DNA from: an uncultured Actinomycetes bacterium
GTDB lineage: Bacteria; Actinomycetota; Thermoleophilia; Solirubrobacterales; Thermoleophilaceae
Direction of reading: 5' to 3'
Assembly (NCBI GenBank): GCA_963719375.1
Contig: CAVRBY010000001.1
Location: forward strand, 186,322-250,321
Length of the DNA: 64,000 bases
Shown piece by piece: positions 47,759 to 57,384 of the stretch. Within the stretch, counting starts at the first letter, position 1. Each line of letters opens with the position of its first letter. Made by a program: the position numbers and the translations under genes. The notes under the pieces were generated by a model. It did not search any database and was not told the DNA's origin. It saw nothing but the letters and a program-made list of their open reading frames with translations.

Positions 47759-48474
47759 GCGCCAGCGCGCTCTACGAGGGGAGCGTCCGCCACCGCCGCT
47801 TCGCCGAGCGCCGGCACGAGTTCAGCTACCCGGTCAGGCTCGCCTACCTCGACCTCGACGAGCTGCCCGCGCTGCTCGGCGGGCGGCTGCTCGCGCGGCG
47901 CCCCGGCCTCGTCCGCTTCAGGCGCCGCGACTACCTCGGCGATCCGCGCGTCCCGCTCGGCGACGCCGTCCGCGACGCGGTCGAGGAACGCACCGGCGCG
48001 CGGCCGAGCGGTCCGATCCGGCTGCTCACGCAGCTGCGCTCGCTCGGGCACTGCTTCAACCCGGTGAGCTTCTACTTCTGCGTCGAGCCTCGAGGCGACC
48101 GGCTCGAGGCCGTCCTCGCGGAGGTCACGAACACCCCGTGGGGCGAGCGCCACGCCTACGCGATCGCGGGCGACGGCGGACCTGTGGTGAGCGGATCGAG
48201 CGAAAAGGCGATGCACGTCTCGCCGTTCCTGACGATGGATCAGCGCTACGAGTGGCGCGTCTCGACGCCGGCCGAGACGCTCTCGGTGCACGTCGAGAGC
48301 CACCGCCACGAGCAGCTCGCCTTCGATGCGACGCTCAACCTTCGCCGCCGGCCCCTGAGTGCCCGCGCGCTCGCCGGCGCGGGCGCGCGAACCGTCGCGC
48401 TCATCTACGGCCAGGCGTTGCGGCTGAAGCTGAAGGGCGTCTCCGTCTACCCGCATCCGAGGCCGGCCGCGTGA
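47755..48474 (+). CDS. DUF1365-family protein, UfaO-like
   Basis: SALYEGSVRHRRF..HEFSYPVRLAYLDLDEL is a typical DUF1365 N-terminus. It overlaps both neighbours by 4 nt. Confidence 0.75.
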   Translation: MSASALYEGSVRHRRFAERRHEFSYPVRLAYLDLDELPALLGGRLLARRPGLVRFRRRDYLGDPRVPLGDAVRDAVEERTGARPSGPIRLLTQLRSLGHCFNPVSFYFCVEPRGDRLEAVLAEVTNTPWGERHAYAIAGDGGPVVSGSSEKAMHVSPFLTMDQRYEWRVSTPAETLSVHVESHRHEQLAFDATLNLRRRPLSARALAGAGARTVALIYGQALRLKLKGVSVYPHPRPAA

Positions 48475-49697
48475 GCGCCACCGTCTCGCGCCGAGTCGCC
48501 GCTGCACTGCTCCGCCGCATCCAGACGGGCAGGCTGACCGTCGTCGAGGGGGATGAGCGCACGGTCTACGGCTCCGGCGCCCCGGCGGCGACCGTCGAGA
48601 TCCGCTCGCCGCGCACGTGGGCCCGGCTGCGGCGCGGCAGCCGCGGGCTGGCCGAGTCCTACGTCAACGGCTGGTGGGACACGCCCGACCTGACGGCGCT
48701 GATCCAGGTCGCGGCACGCAATGCGACCGGCCTCGACCGCCTGCGCCGGCGGCTCGGACCGTTGCTCGTTCCCGCGCAGCGCGGCTCGGCGCTGCTTCGT
48801 CCCTACACCCGGCGCCGCAGCCGGCACGACATCGCCAGCCACTACGACCTCGGCAACGAGCTCTTCGAGCTGATGCTCGATCCCACGATGGCCTACTCGT
48901 GCGCGGTCTTCGAGCGGCCCGGGATGTCGCTCGAGCAGGCCTCGGTCGCGAAGTTCGAGCGGGTGCTCGAGAGGCTCGAGGTGTCGGCCGGGGACGAGCT
49001 GCTCGAGATCGGAACCGGCTGGGGCGGGCTCGCGGTGCACGCGGCGGCCACGCGTGGGTGCCGCGTGACGACGACCACGATCTCCCGCGAGCAGCACGAC
49101 TACGCCCGGCGGCGCGCTCGCGAGGCTGGCGTAGAGAACCTCGTGACAGTGCTGCTCGAGGACTACCGCGACCTGCGCGGCAGCTACGACAAGCTCGTGT
49201 CGATCGAGATGATCGAGGCGGTCGGCTGGCGCCACTTCGGCCGCTTCTTCGACACGTGCTCGAAGCTGCTTGCGCCGCACGGGCTGATGCTGCTGCAGGC
49301 GATCACGATCGACGACCGCGCCTATGCCGTCGAGAAGGCCGGCCGCAGCTTCGCGAACACCTACGTCTTCCCCAACGGGTGCCTGCCCTCGCTCGAGGTG
49401 ATCGCCCGCTGCGTCGCCCGGCGCACCGACATGCGCATGGTTCAGCTCGACGACATCACTCCCCACTACGCCGAGACCCTCCGCCGCTGGCGTCAGAACT
49501 TCGCCGAGCGCGCCGACGACGTCCGCTCGCTCTACGGCGAGCGGTTCGTGCGCCTCTGGAGTCTCTATTTGAGCTATTGCGAGGCAGGCTTTCGCGAGCG
49601 ACGGATCGGCGACGTACAGCTGCTCCTGGCGAAGCCGGACGCCGCACTCCCCGGCGTGCCGAGGGCCGCCGCCGCGCTCAGCGAGGCGTACGGCTGA
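48471..49697 (+). CDS. Cyclopropane-fatty-acyl-phospholipid-synthase-family SAM-dependent methyltransferase
   Basis: HYDLGNELFELMLD, LLEIGTGWGGLAVHAA (SAM motif I), CFA-synthase-like C-terminus. GTG 48471 overlaps the upstream stop (GTGA). Confidence 0.88.
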   Translation: MSATVSRRVAAALLRRIQTGRLTVVEGDERTVYGSGAPAATVEIRSPRTWARLRRGSRGLAESYVNGWWDTPDLTALIQVAARNATGLDRLRRRLGPLLVPAQRGSALLRPYTRRRSRHDIASHYDLGNELFELMLDPTMAYSCAVFERPGMSLEQASVAKFERVLERLEVSAGDELLEIGTGWGGLAVHAAATRGCRVTTTTISREQHDYARRRAREAGVENLVTVLLEDYRDLRGSYDKLVSIEMIEAVGWRHFGRFFDTCSKLLAPHGLMLLQAITIDDRAYAVEKAGRSFANTYVFPNGCLPSLEVIARCVARRTDMRMVQLDDITPHYAETLRRWRQNFAERADDVRSLYGERFVRLWSLYLSYCEAGFRERRIGDVQLLLAKPDAALPGVPRAAAALSEAYG

Positions 49698-50442
49698 ACA
49701 ACCTCGCGCTCACGCCGTCGAGCAGCCACCCCGGGCCGCGCGAGGCGAGCTTCGCGAGCGCTGTCCTGCCGCCCGGGCCGAGCACCGCCGCATCCGACTC
49801 GATCGCGCGCACCACGCGCCCGGCCCACTCGCTCGGGCTCACCTTGGCCCACCCCGACGTGTCCATGTAGCGACCATAGGCCTCCTCGGTGGCGGTCAGC
49901 ATCTCGGTGTCGACGCCCGGCGTCACGACGTGCAGCGCCGTCACGCCCGTACCGCGCAGCTCCCGGCGGAGCGACTCGGTGAGCGCCACGACGCCGGCCT
50001 TGGAAGCGGCGTACGTCGTGGCCGCGGGGAAGTGCGCGTAGCCGGAGATCGACGCGTTGTTGACCACCTTTCCCCGCCCCCGCTCGAGCATGCCGGGAAG
50101 CAGCCGGTGGGTCAGGTGCGCCACCGCGACCAGGTTCACCTGGAACATGGCGTAGACCTCTTCCATGTCCTGTTCCTCGAGCAGCCCACCCGTCAGCAGC
50201 CCGGCGTTGTTGACGAGCAGGTCGACCGGCGGAAGCCCGTCGGCGCAGGCGTCGATCCGCTCGCGTGCGGAGAGGTCGAGCCGGACCGCGTGGACGTTCG
50301 GAGCGGGCGGGTCGAAGCGCTCGGGCTCTCGAACCCCGGCTAGGACCGTCGCGACCGGGCGCCGCAGGAGGTCCTCGACGAGCGCCCGGCCGATCCCCCG
50401 GTTCGCGCCGGTGACGAGTGCGGTGGCTCCGGTGAGGTCCAT
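49678..50442 (-). CDS. Short-chain dehydrogenase/reductase
   Basis: ALVTGANRGIG, NNAG, YAASKAG. Its 3' end overlaps the convergent methyltransferase gene by 20 nt. Confidence 0.85.
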   Translation of the reverse strand: MDLTGATALVTGANRGIGRALVEDLLRRPVATVLAGVREPERFDPPAPNVHAVRLDLSARERIDACADGLPPVDLLVNNAGLLTGGLLEEQDMEEVYAMFQVNLVAVAHLTHRLLPGMLERGRGKVVNNASISGYAHFPAATTYAASKAGVVALTESLRRELRGTGVTALHVVTPGVDTEMLTATEEAYGRYMDTSGWAKVSPSEWAGRVVRAIESDAAVLGPGGRTALAKLASRGPGWLLDGVSARLFSRTPR

Positions 50443-50524
50443 CTCGGTCTTCTGTACGCGCCGGCGGCGGCCGCGGCTCATCCCGGACGTGATCCGTGCG
50501 TGTACGCGGACCGTAGAGAGCCCA

Positions 50525-50899
50525 GTGTCGAGCGCGCGAAAAGCCGCCGCCGCGGTCGCCGTGCTGCGTGTCGCCTACGGCGCCGCGCTCGTCGCGGCGC
50601 CCGCACGGACGACCAGGGGCTGGCTCGGTCCGGACGCGCGGCGCCCCGCCGCGGGAATCGCGATCCGCGCCCTCGGAGCGCGGGAGATCGGCATCCACGC
50701 GGGGGCGCTGGTCGCCGCGCTGAACGGAGGCGCCCTCCGCCCCTGGTTCGCCGCCAGCATCGCCGGAGACTGCTCCGACATCGCCGCCACGCTCGCCGCC
50801 GGATCCGCGCTGCCCGACCGGGCGCCTGCCGCGACGGCGGCGGTGGCCGGCGCGTCCGCCGCCATCAGCGCAGCCGTTGCTCTCGCCGTCGACGCCTGA
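50525..50899 (+). CDS. Small hypothetical membrane protein
   Basis: Ala/Gly-rich hydrophobic segments. GTG 50525 is the first plausible start after the divergent SDR gene. Confidence 0.35.
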   Translation: MSSARKAAAAVAVLRVAYGAALVAAPARTTRGWLGPDARRPAAGIAIRALGAREIGIHAGALVAALNGGALRPWFAASIAGDCSDIAATLAAGSALPDRAPAATAAVAGASAAISAAVALAVDA

Positions 50900-51665
50900 G
50901 GCTCCGCCCGGGGCGGTCGCCTACGACCGGGTCGGCTCGGGGCCGCCACTGGTCCTGCTGCACCCGCTCGGGGCGGACCGGAGCGCGTGGAAGCCGGTCC
51001 TCGACGTGCTCGCCGCGCGGCGTGAGCTGATCGTCCCCGACCTCCCGGGCTTCGGCGACTCCCCACCGCTGAGCGGGGGAGATCCGGACCCCGCCGCGCT
51101 CGCCAGGGCGATCGCTGCTCTCCTCGACGCTCTCGGGGTCGAGCGCCCGCACGTCGCCGGCAACTCGCTCGGCGCATGGGTCGCGCTCGAGTACGCCCTC
51201 GCCGGCCGGGCGGGGTCGGTCACGGCGATTGCGCCCGCGGGCCTATGGCCGCAGCCGCTTGCCCCGAAGCCGGCCGTAGCGCGCGCGGCCGCCCGCGCCG
51301 CGCTGCCGCTGCTCCCGCTCCTGTTCCGCTCGCCTGTCGCCCGGCGCGCCGCGCTGTCGTCCACGATCGCCCATCCGGAGCGGGTGCCGCGTGGCGACGC
51401 CCTGCATCTCGTGCGCGCGTATGCGCGCGCGCCGGGCTTCGACGCCGTCAATGCGGCCATGCGCGCGGGCCGGTTCACCGGCCTCGACAGGCTCCGCGTC
51501 CCGGTGACCCTCGCCTGGGCCGAACACGATCGTCTGGTCGAGCCGCCGGCTTCGGTTCCCGGCGGGGTCCGCAGCGTCGTGCTGCGCGACTGCGGTCACC
51601 TCGCGATGTGGGACGACCCGGCTCAGGTGGCCGAGGTCCTGCTCGCGGGTAGCTCCGAGCGTTGA
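50877..51665 (+). CDS. Alpha/beta-fold hydrolase
   Basis: PLVLLHPLG, nucleophile elbow GNSLGA, C-terminal DCGHL. Confidence 0.82.
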   Translation: MLSPSTPEAPPGAVAYDRVGSGPPLVLLHPLGADRSAWKPVLDVLAARRELIVPDLPGFGDSPPLSGGDPDPAALARAIAALLDALGVERPHVAGNSLGAWVALEYALAGRAGSVTAIAPAGLWPQPLAPKPAVARAAARAALPLLPLLFRSPVARRAALSSTIAHPERVPRGDALHLVRAYARAPGFDAVNAAMRAGRFTGLDRLRVPVTLAWAEHDRLVEPPASVPGGVRSVVLRDCGHLAMWDDPAQVAEVLLAGSSER

Positions 51666-52588
51666 TCCGGGCGGATCGCCAGGAAGCGCCCGAGGAGGAG
51701 GTAACCGGCGAGCGAGCAGACCGCCTCGATCGAGGCGATCAGCCCGCCGGCGAGCAGAACGCGGGGAAGCTGGCCCATGTCGGGCGGTCCCTCGCCGACC
51801 CCGTGAGCGATGGCCCACGCGATGCCGGCGAGCACCGATACCGCGAGCGCAAAGGACCAAGGGCGGGAACGCGGGTCGAGCGGGATGCGCGGAACCTCGG
51901 ACCGGCCGGGCAGCACGCGCCCCAGGAGGTCGAGCAGGTCATCGAAGATCGTCTCCTCGCCGCGTGGCGACTGCGCCGGCACCCCTCGCCCGGCCGCCCT
52001 CGCGGCGTGCCCTGCCGCGACGAGCAGGATCGAGACGCCGAGCAGCGCGAGCACCCCTGCGACCTTCGTGAGGCGCCCCTCGTGAAGCACTGCGACGAGC
52101 ACGCACCCACCCGCGCAGACGGTCACGACGACCGTGCCGCGCGCGATCAGACGCAGCCGCGGCGCCGGGATCGTCGGTGCTCCACGCGAGCGCAGCGAGC
52201 GCACCAGCGTGACCCCCGCGACGACGACCGCAACCTGGAAGAGGACGAACTCGACGAGCCCTGCGGGGAACGTCTCGCGACCGACTGAGACGCTCGCGCA
52301 GGCGGTCGCTGCGAGGGCGAGCAGCAGTGAGAATGCGGCCGCACGGTGCGCCTCGCTTGCCGCGAGCTCGTCGCTGAGCCGCGCGGCGAGCGGGCCGGGC
52401 GGCCCGAAGCGACGTATCGCCTCGCATTCTGCCGCCAGCGGGTCGAGACCTTTCCCGTGCAGGTCGAGCGCCGCCTCTTCGAGGTGATCCGCGACCTCAC
52501 GCATCACGCGGCGGCGACGGCGGGCCGGCAGCCGCAGGTCCCCTCTGAGCGCGCAGAGATAGTCCGTGATCGTTCCCGGAGGGCTCAT
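51623..52588 (-). CDS. Multi-pass membrane protein co-transcribed with PadR (DUF1700/HAAS-like N-terminus)
   Basis: ATG 52588 overlaps the PadR stop (ATGA). N-terminal ITDYLCALRGDL..REVADHLEEA helix, then at least 5 hydrophobic helices. Confidence 0.6.
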   Translation of the reverse strand: MSPPGTITDYLCALRGDLRLPARRRRRVMREVADHLEEAALDLHGKGLDPLAAECEAIRRFGPPGPLAARLSDELAASEAHRAAAFSLLLALAATACASVSVGRETFPAGLVEFVLFQVAVVVAGVTLVRSLRSRGAPTIPAPRLRLIARGTVVVTVCAGGCVLVAVLHEGRLTKVAGVLALLGVSILLVAAGHAARAAGRGVPAQSPRGEETIFDDLLDLLGRVLPGRSEVPRIPLDPRSRPWSFALAVSVLAGIAWAIAHGVGEGPPDMGQLPRVLLAGGLIASIEAVCSLAGYLLLGRFLAIRPDQRSELPASRTSAT

Positions 52589-52896
52589 CCGGCCGCTCCG
52601 AGGACGGCGTCGACCGAGGCCGCGAATCGCCGCCACGCGTCGCGCTCGCTCGCGAGCGCGTCTCGTCCCCGGCGGGTCAGCTCATAGACGCGCCTCCGGC
52701 GGCCCGCCTCGACCAGCCAGCCGCTCGCGAGCAGCCTGTCGCGCTCGAGGCGGTGCAGCGCCGGATAGATCGTTCCCTCTGGCAGGTCGAACTCGCCCCC
52801 GCTGCGGGCGCGCAGCCGCTCGGCGATCGCGTAGCCGTGCCCCGGCCGGTCGGCAAGGGTGGAGAGGACCAGGAGGTCGACATGGCCTCGCTGCAT
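52585..52896 (-). CDS. PadR-family transcriptional regulator
   Basis: LLVLSTLADRPGHGYAIAERL..EGTIYPALHRLERDRLL..YELT. Confidence 0.9.
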   Translation of the reverse strand: MQRGHVDLLVLSTLADRPGHGYAIAERLRARSGGEFDLPEGTIYPALHRLERDRLLASGWLVEAGRRRRVYELTRRGRDALASERDAWRRFAASVDAVLGAAG

Positions 52897-52974
52897 ACAT
52901 AGGGATTCTAGGCATAGTGGGCCTATGTGTCAAATGTGCCGTCGTCGACGTGACGGCGCAGGCTGAGCGCCGGA

Positions 52975-53832
52975 TCAGGGCGTGACGAGCAGGGGCGTGC
53001 CGACGGGCACGTGCGTCCCGACCCAGGCGTCGTCAGGTACGCGCAGCCTGATGCAGCCGTGCGAGATCCGTCCGGGGATCAGCTGCGGCTGGTAATAGGG
53101 CCCGTGAATGCCGACGACCCCTCCGCCGGGCCAGTCGGTCAGGACCGAGTAGTCCGCGGTCCCGAACGCGTAGGGGTAGTAGCCGGAGCTCGGGTTGTGG
53201 ATCTTGAACAGCTCACGGATCCAGAAGTGGCCCGCGGGCGTCGGCGAGGCGCTCTTTCCGATCCCCACCGGGGCACGGTGGCGGAGCTTGCCGTCGTAGT
53301 AGGCGGACAGCGTGAGCTTGCGCCGGTTCACGACCAGACGCCAGCGGTCCAGGCGGAAGTCGGCGAGCCCGCTGCGAAGGACCCACCCCATGCGCCCGTT
53401 CGGACGGCCGGGGATCCGGATCTCGGCCCACAGCCGGCCGGCGGTGTCCCTGTACTCGCGCAGCACGATGTAGACCTCGGGGAAGCCGTCCTCGGTCCAG
53501 AGGTGGGTGCGCGTGCGGACCCGCGAGGTCGTTAGCGGATGCACGTAGATCCGCCCTGGGGTGTTGACGTAGGCCCAGTAGGTGGTGGTTCGCTCGTTCG
53601 AGAGAACCAGGTAGCTGCCGGCCGGAGGCGGCGGCGGCGCTTGCGCGGCCTGCACCGAGCTCGGCTCGACCGTGTCGACGGCCATGCCGTTCCAGACCCG
53701 CGAACGCGCGGTCCCCGCTCCCATCGCGGAGGCCGTCCCCGCGAGCGCGGCGAGCAGGACGGCCGTGACAAGAACGCGCCTCACGCTTAGATTGAACCAG
53801 CTGAAATGAAAAAGGTTCGCAAGTTGACGCAA
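52975..53832 (-). CDS. L,D-transpeptidase (YkuD domain), secreted
   Basis: Catalytic GRISHGCIRL. Signal peptide VLVTAVLLAALAGTASA. An alternative start is GTG near 53787. Confidence 0.85.
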   Translation of the reverse strand: MRQLANLFHFSWFNLSVRRVLVTAVLLAALAGTASAMGAGTARSRVWNGMAVDTVEPSSVQAAQAPPPPPAGSYLVLSNERTTTYWAYVNTPGRIYVHPLTTSRVRTRTHLWTEDGFPEVYIVLREYRDTAGRLWAEIRIPGRPNGRMGWVLRSGLADFRLDRWRLVVNRRKLTLSAYYDGKLRHRAPVGIGKSASPTPAGHFWIRELFKIHNPSSGYYPYAFGTADYSVLTDWPGGGVVGIHGPYYQPQLIPGRISHGCIRLRVPDDAWVGTHVPVGTPLLVTP

Positions 53833-53846
53833 ACCGCCTAGGCTGA

Positions 53847-55205
53847 ATGTCCGTGCGCCGATCGCTGATTTGCGCCTTGCTCCTGTCCGCCGTGCTCCCG
53901 GCGAGCGCGTTTGCGCGTGCCGGCGGCGGGAGCTCTGGCTTCCACGGCGGCGGAGGAGGGGGCGGCGGCTTTCACGGCGGCGGAGGCTTCGGCGGCGGAG
54001 GCTTCGGCGGCGGAGGCGGCCACGTGCACATCTCGCCCGTGGTGATCGGCGTGATCGTGCTCGGCGTGCTCGCGATCGTCGTGCTCGCCGGGCTCTGGCT
54101 GTTCGTCGAGAGCTTCCGCAAGTGGCGACCGGTGCGGCGCCGCCAGGAGCGCGTCGAACACGCCGCGCTCGAGGCGGCCGAGGAGGATCCGGCGCTCGCG
54201 CCCGAGGCGGTCCACCGCGACGCTCGAGCGCTGTTCTTCGCGATCCAGCGGGCCTGGAGCGCGAATGACCGCGCCCGCCTGGCGAAGCTCGTCGGCCCCG
54301 AGCTCCTCGTCGAGTGGGACCGCCGTCTCGCGGACTTCGAGCGCCGCGGCTGGCGCAACGTGGTCGAGCCGCAGGGCGAGCCCGAGCTCTTCTACGTCGG
54401 CCTGGCCAACCGCTCCCCGCAGGACGAACACGTGATCGTCCGCCTGAGGGCGACCCTCAGCGACTACGTCGAGACCCCCCGGGGACGCATGCTCGCCGAG
54501 GGGGCGATGTCGGAGACCTCGCGAATGGATGAGTACTGGACGCTCGCCAGGCGCGAGGGAAGCTGGATTCTCGCTTCCATCGAGCAGCCCGGCGAGGGCG
54601 CGCACGAGCTTCGTGAGGCCATTGTGACGGCGCCCTGGTCGGACGACGAGCGCCTCAGCGAGCAGTCACTCGTCGAAGGGGCCGTAGCCGACAAGGCGCT
54701 CGACGGCTACAAGATCGCCGAGCTGGCTTCGCTCGACTTCGCCGGCGACGCTCGCGCCGCCGCGCTTGACCTGTCGCTCGCGGACGCTCGCTTCGCTCCG
54801 GACGTGCTGGAGGGCGAGGCACGGCGCGCGGTGGCCGCGTGGGCGGAGGCGATCGACTCCGACCGCGGCGACCTGCGCGACATCGCCACCGACGAGGCCG
54901 CTCGCGAGCTGCTGCACCCCGGCGACGCCTCCGAGCGAACGCGCCTCGTCGTGCGCGGGCCCGAGGTGCGCCGGGTCACCCTGCTCGCGCTCGACCCTGC
55001 GGCCGAGCCGCCGACGATGCTGCTCGAGCTCGAGGTGCACGGCGCGCGCTACGTCGAGGACCGCGACACGGCTGCGGTCGTGTCGGGCAGCAAGCGGCGC
55101 GTGACCACGTTCACCGAGCGCTGGAAGCTCGCGCTCGACGGCTCCGACGAGCACCCCTGGAGGATCGCCTCGGTCGAGCATCCCGCGTCGACCAGGCGGC
55201 TCTAG
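53847..55205 (+). CDS. Tim44-like-domain membrane protein with a Gly-rich N-terminal region
   Basis: Signal peptide, a GGGGFHGGGGFGGGGFGGGGG run, a TM helix, then two segments resembling Tim44-like domains (..ALFFAIQRAWSANDRARL..DEYWTLARREGSWIL; ..ERWKLALDGSDEHPWRIA). Confidence 0.55.
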   Translation: MSVRRSLICALLLSAVLPASAFARAGGGSSGFHGGGGGGGGFHGGGGFGGGGFGGGGGHVHISPVVIGVIVLGVLAIVVLAGLWLFVESFRKWRPVRRRQERVEHAALEAAEEDPALAPEAVHRDARALFFAIQRAWSANDRARLAKLVGPELLVEWDRRLADFERRGWRNVVEPQGEPELFYVGLANRSPQDEHVIVRLRATLSDYVETPRGRMLAEGAMSETSRMDEYWTLARREGSWILASIEQPGEGAHELREAIVTAPWSDDERLSEQSLVEGAVADKALDGYKIAELASLDFAGDARAAALDLSLADARFAPDVLEGEARRAVAAWAEAIDSDRGDLRDIATDEAARELLHPGDASERTRLVVRGPEVRRVTLLALDPAAEPPTMLLELEVHGARYVEDRDTAAVVSGSKRRVTTFTERWKLALDGSDEHPWRIASVEHPASTRRL

Positions 55206-55209
55206 GCAC

Positions 55210-55680
55210 TCACAGCGGCGAGGAGAAGCCGCCGACCGGCCGGCTCGCGCCTGTCAGCGTGACGCTGCCACGCCGCGCCGTCAGCTTCAGCGACAGCGTG
55301 CAGCGGCCGCTGCGGATGAATCCGGTGCCGCGCGCCACGCCGGCCGCGTGCACCAGCCCGAGCCCGCGGATGCGACCACTCGCGGTGATCCGGTATGAGG
55401 AGCCGGTATCCGCGGCTGTGCGCTTCGGGGTCGCGGTTCCCGTGAGCGTCCCCGAGAGCGTCAGGCAGCCGCGCCGGCTCGCGGGGCAGTGGGCGCCTCG
55501 CACGCTGAGCGACAGTTGCGCGCTCGAGCCGCGAGCACGGACGGTGGCGGTCCCGATGGCGTCCGAGAAGCGTCCCGAGCCGTGCCCGATCCGCGCGTGG
55601 TAGCTCCGTCCTCCCCCCGAGGCCAGGGCTGGAGCGGCGGCGAGCAGGCCACAGAGGAGCAGGGCAGAGAGACGGCTCAT
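55210..55680 (-). CDS. Small hypothetical secreted protein
   Basis: Signal peptide MSRLSALLLCGLLAAAPALA. Its ATG overlaps the upstream reductase stop (ATGA). Confidence 0.5.
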   Translation of the reverse strand: MSRLSALLLCGLLAAAPALASGGGRSYHARIGHGSGRFSDAIGTATVRARGSSAQLSLSVRGAHCPASRRGCLTLSGTLTGTATPKRTAADTGSSYRITASGRIRGLGLVHAAGVARGTGFIRSGRCTLSLKLTARRGSVTLTGASRPVGGFSSPL

Positions 55681-56897
55681 TGGAGCTCGCCTGCCCGGAT
55701 CGCCTCGGGGTCCAGCTCGGCGTGCGAGAGCAGCAGCCGGCGGCCCGCCTCGAGGTCCTCGGGGCGGCCGACGGCCAGCACCGCCGCGACCTGTCCGCCA
55801 TGGAGGTACCAGACGCTGAATTCGCCGTCGTCGAGCGAGCCGCGAACGACCTCCTCATCCCATTCCATTGCGGGCCCAACGTACTCGAGCGAGGTCCAGT
55901 CCGCGAGATCGGAGAAGAAGTACGGCACCTCCTCCGCCGGAAGCTCGCGATCGGCCATCGCGGCCGCGGCACGCCGGCCGTGAGCGGCGGCCAGCTCCCA
56001 GTGCTCGACGCGCAGCGCGCGCTCGTGGATCGCGCTCGGATACTCGCAAGCGTCGCCCGCCGCGAAGATGCCGGCGCTCGAGGTTTCGAGGCGCTCGTCG
56101 ACCAGTATCCCGCCGCCCTCGCCGATGTCGAGCCCCGCCGAGCGGGCCAGGGCGGTGTCGGGCGTTACGCCCGCGCCGACGATCACGAGGTCGGCGTCGA
56201 GCTCGAGACCCCCCCGCGTGTGGACCTTGCGGACGCGCCCCTCGCCCTCGAACCGGTCGAGCTCGTCATCGCCGTGGACCGTCACGCCGTGGCGCTCCAG
56301 CTCTGATTGGAAGAAGCGTCCCGCGGTTCGGCCGAATGATCGCTCGAGCGTCACCGACTCCTGCATCACGAGCGTGCAGCGCTTGCCCAGTTCGGTGAGC
56401 GAGGCTGCGACCTCGGTCGCGATATAGGAGCCGCCGATCAGGACTACCCGTTCGGCCCGCTCGGCGTCCGCACGGATCTGATCGCTGTTGCCGAGCGAGC
56501 GGAGATAGTGAATTCCCTCGAGCTGCGCTCCCTCCACGCGCAGCCTTCGGACGAGCGCTCCCGTCGCGATCAGGGCCTTGCGGAAGCCGACGACCTGCTT
56601 GGTTTGCAGCGTCGCGGTTCGCGCGCCGGGGTCGAGCCGCATGACGCTCGTACGGGTCAGCAGCTCGATGCCCTGCTGCTCCCACCAGTCCGGCGTCGCG
56701 AGCAGCGCATCGGAGCGCGAGGCGCCGCCGCGCAGGTAGCCCTTCGAGGCGAGCGTCCGGTCATACGGGGGATCGGGCTCTCTGCTGACGAGCATTATCG
56801 AGCCTTCCCCGCCCGCCTCGCGGAGCGCTTTGGCGCAGCTGTACCCGGCGCTTCCGCCGCCGACGATCAGGAAGTCGATGTCACGATGATCGGTCAT
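55677..56897 (-). CDS. FAD-dependent pyridine-nucleotide-disulfide oxidoreductase (ferredoxin-reductase-like)
   Basis: FLIVGGGSAG, VVLIGGSYIATE, IFAAGDA and a C-terminal reductase dimerisation region. Confidence 0.88.
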   Translation of the reverse strand: MTDHRDIDFLIVGGGSAGYSCAKALREAGGEGSIMLVSREPDPPYDRTLASKGYLRGGASRSDALLATPDWWEQQGIELLTRTSVMRLDPGARTATLQTKQVVGFRKALIATGALVRRLRVEGAQLEGIHYLRSLGNSDQIRADAERAERVVLIGGSYIATEVAASLTELGKRCTLVMQESVTLERSFGRTAGRFFQSELERHGVTVHGDDELDRFEGEGRVRKVHTRGGLELDADLVIVGAGVTPDTALARSAGLDIGEGGGILVDERLETSSAGIFAAGDACEYPSAIHERALRVEHWELAAAHGRRAAAAMADRELPAEEVPYFFSDLADWTSLEYVGPAMEWDEEVVRGSLDDGEFSVWYLHGGQVAAVLAVGRPEDLEAGRRLLLSHAELDPEAIRAGELQ

Positions 56898-56928
56898 GGT
56901 TCACCGGCCGCGCATTGTCACCCCTACG

Positions 56929-57384
56929 ATGGCGGACCGCAAGCATCCGGAAGTGGGAGGAGAGATCGACGACGAGTGGGCCTACGCCCAGGTGGACCGC
57001 GTGCGCTTCGCGGATCTCGACGCCCGGGGGCACCTGAACAACGTCGCGCTCCTGCAGTTCTTCGAGGCGGCTCGAATCGCATACCTGCGCCGCCTGTTCC
57101 CCGAGATGGACCCCACCGAGCCGGGGCCGCGCGACGTCATCCTCGCCTCCCAGAAGATCGACTACCGCGCCCCGGCCGCCCTCGAGCAGGATCTGCGAAC
57201 GAGCATCCGGCCGGCCGAGGTGAAGCGCTCGAGCTTCAGACTCGAGTTCCAGGTCACGCACGAGCTCGACGGCACGCTGGTCGCGGACGGCTCGGGTGTC
57301 TACGTCGGCTTCGACTACGAGCAGGCATCCGCTCGCCCGCTCGACGAGGAGCTGGCCGAGCGCCTGCGCCAGGATTCGGCCTGA
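56929..57384 (+). CDS. Acyl-CoA thioesterase, hot-dog (4HBT/YbgC-like) fold
   Basis: VRFADLDARGHLNNVALLQFFEAARIAYL is typical of the 4HBT family. ATG 56929. Confidence 0.6.
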   Translation: MADRKHPEVGGEIDDEWAYAQVDRVRFADLDARGHLNNVALLQFFEAARIAYLRRLFPEMDPTEPGPRDVILASQKIDYRAPAALEQDLRTSIRPAEVKRSSFRLEFQVTHELDGTLVADGSGVYVGFDYEQASARPLDEELAERLRQDSA

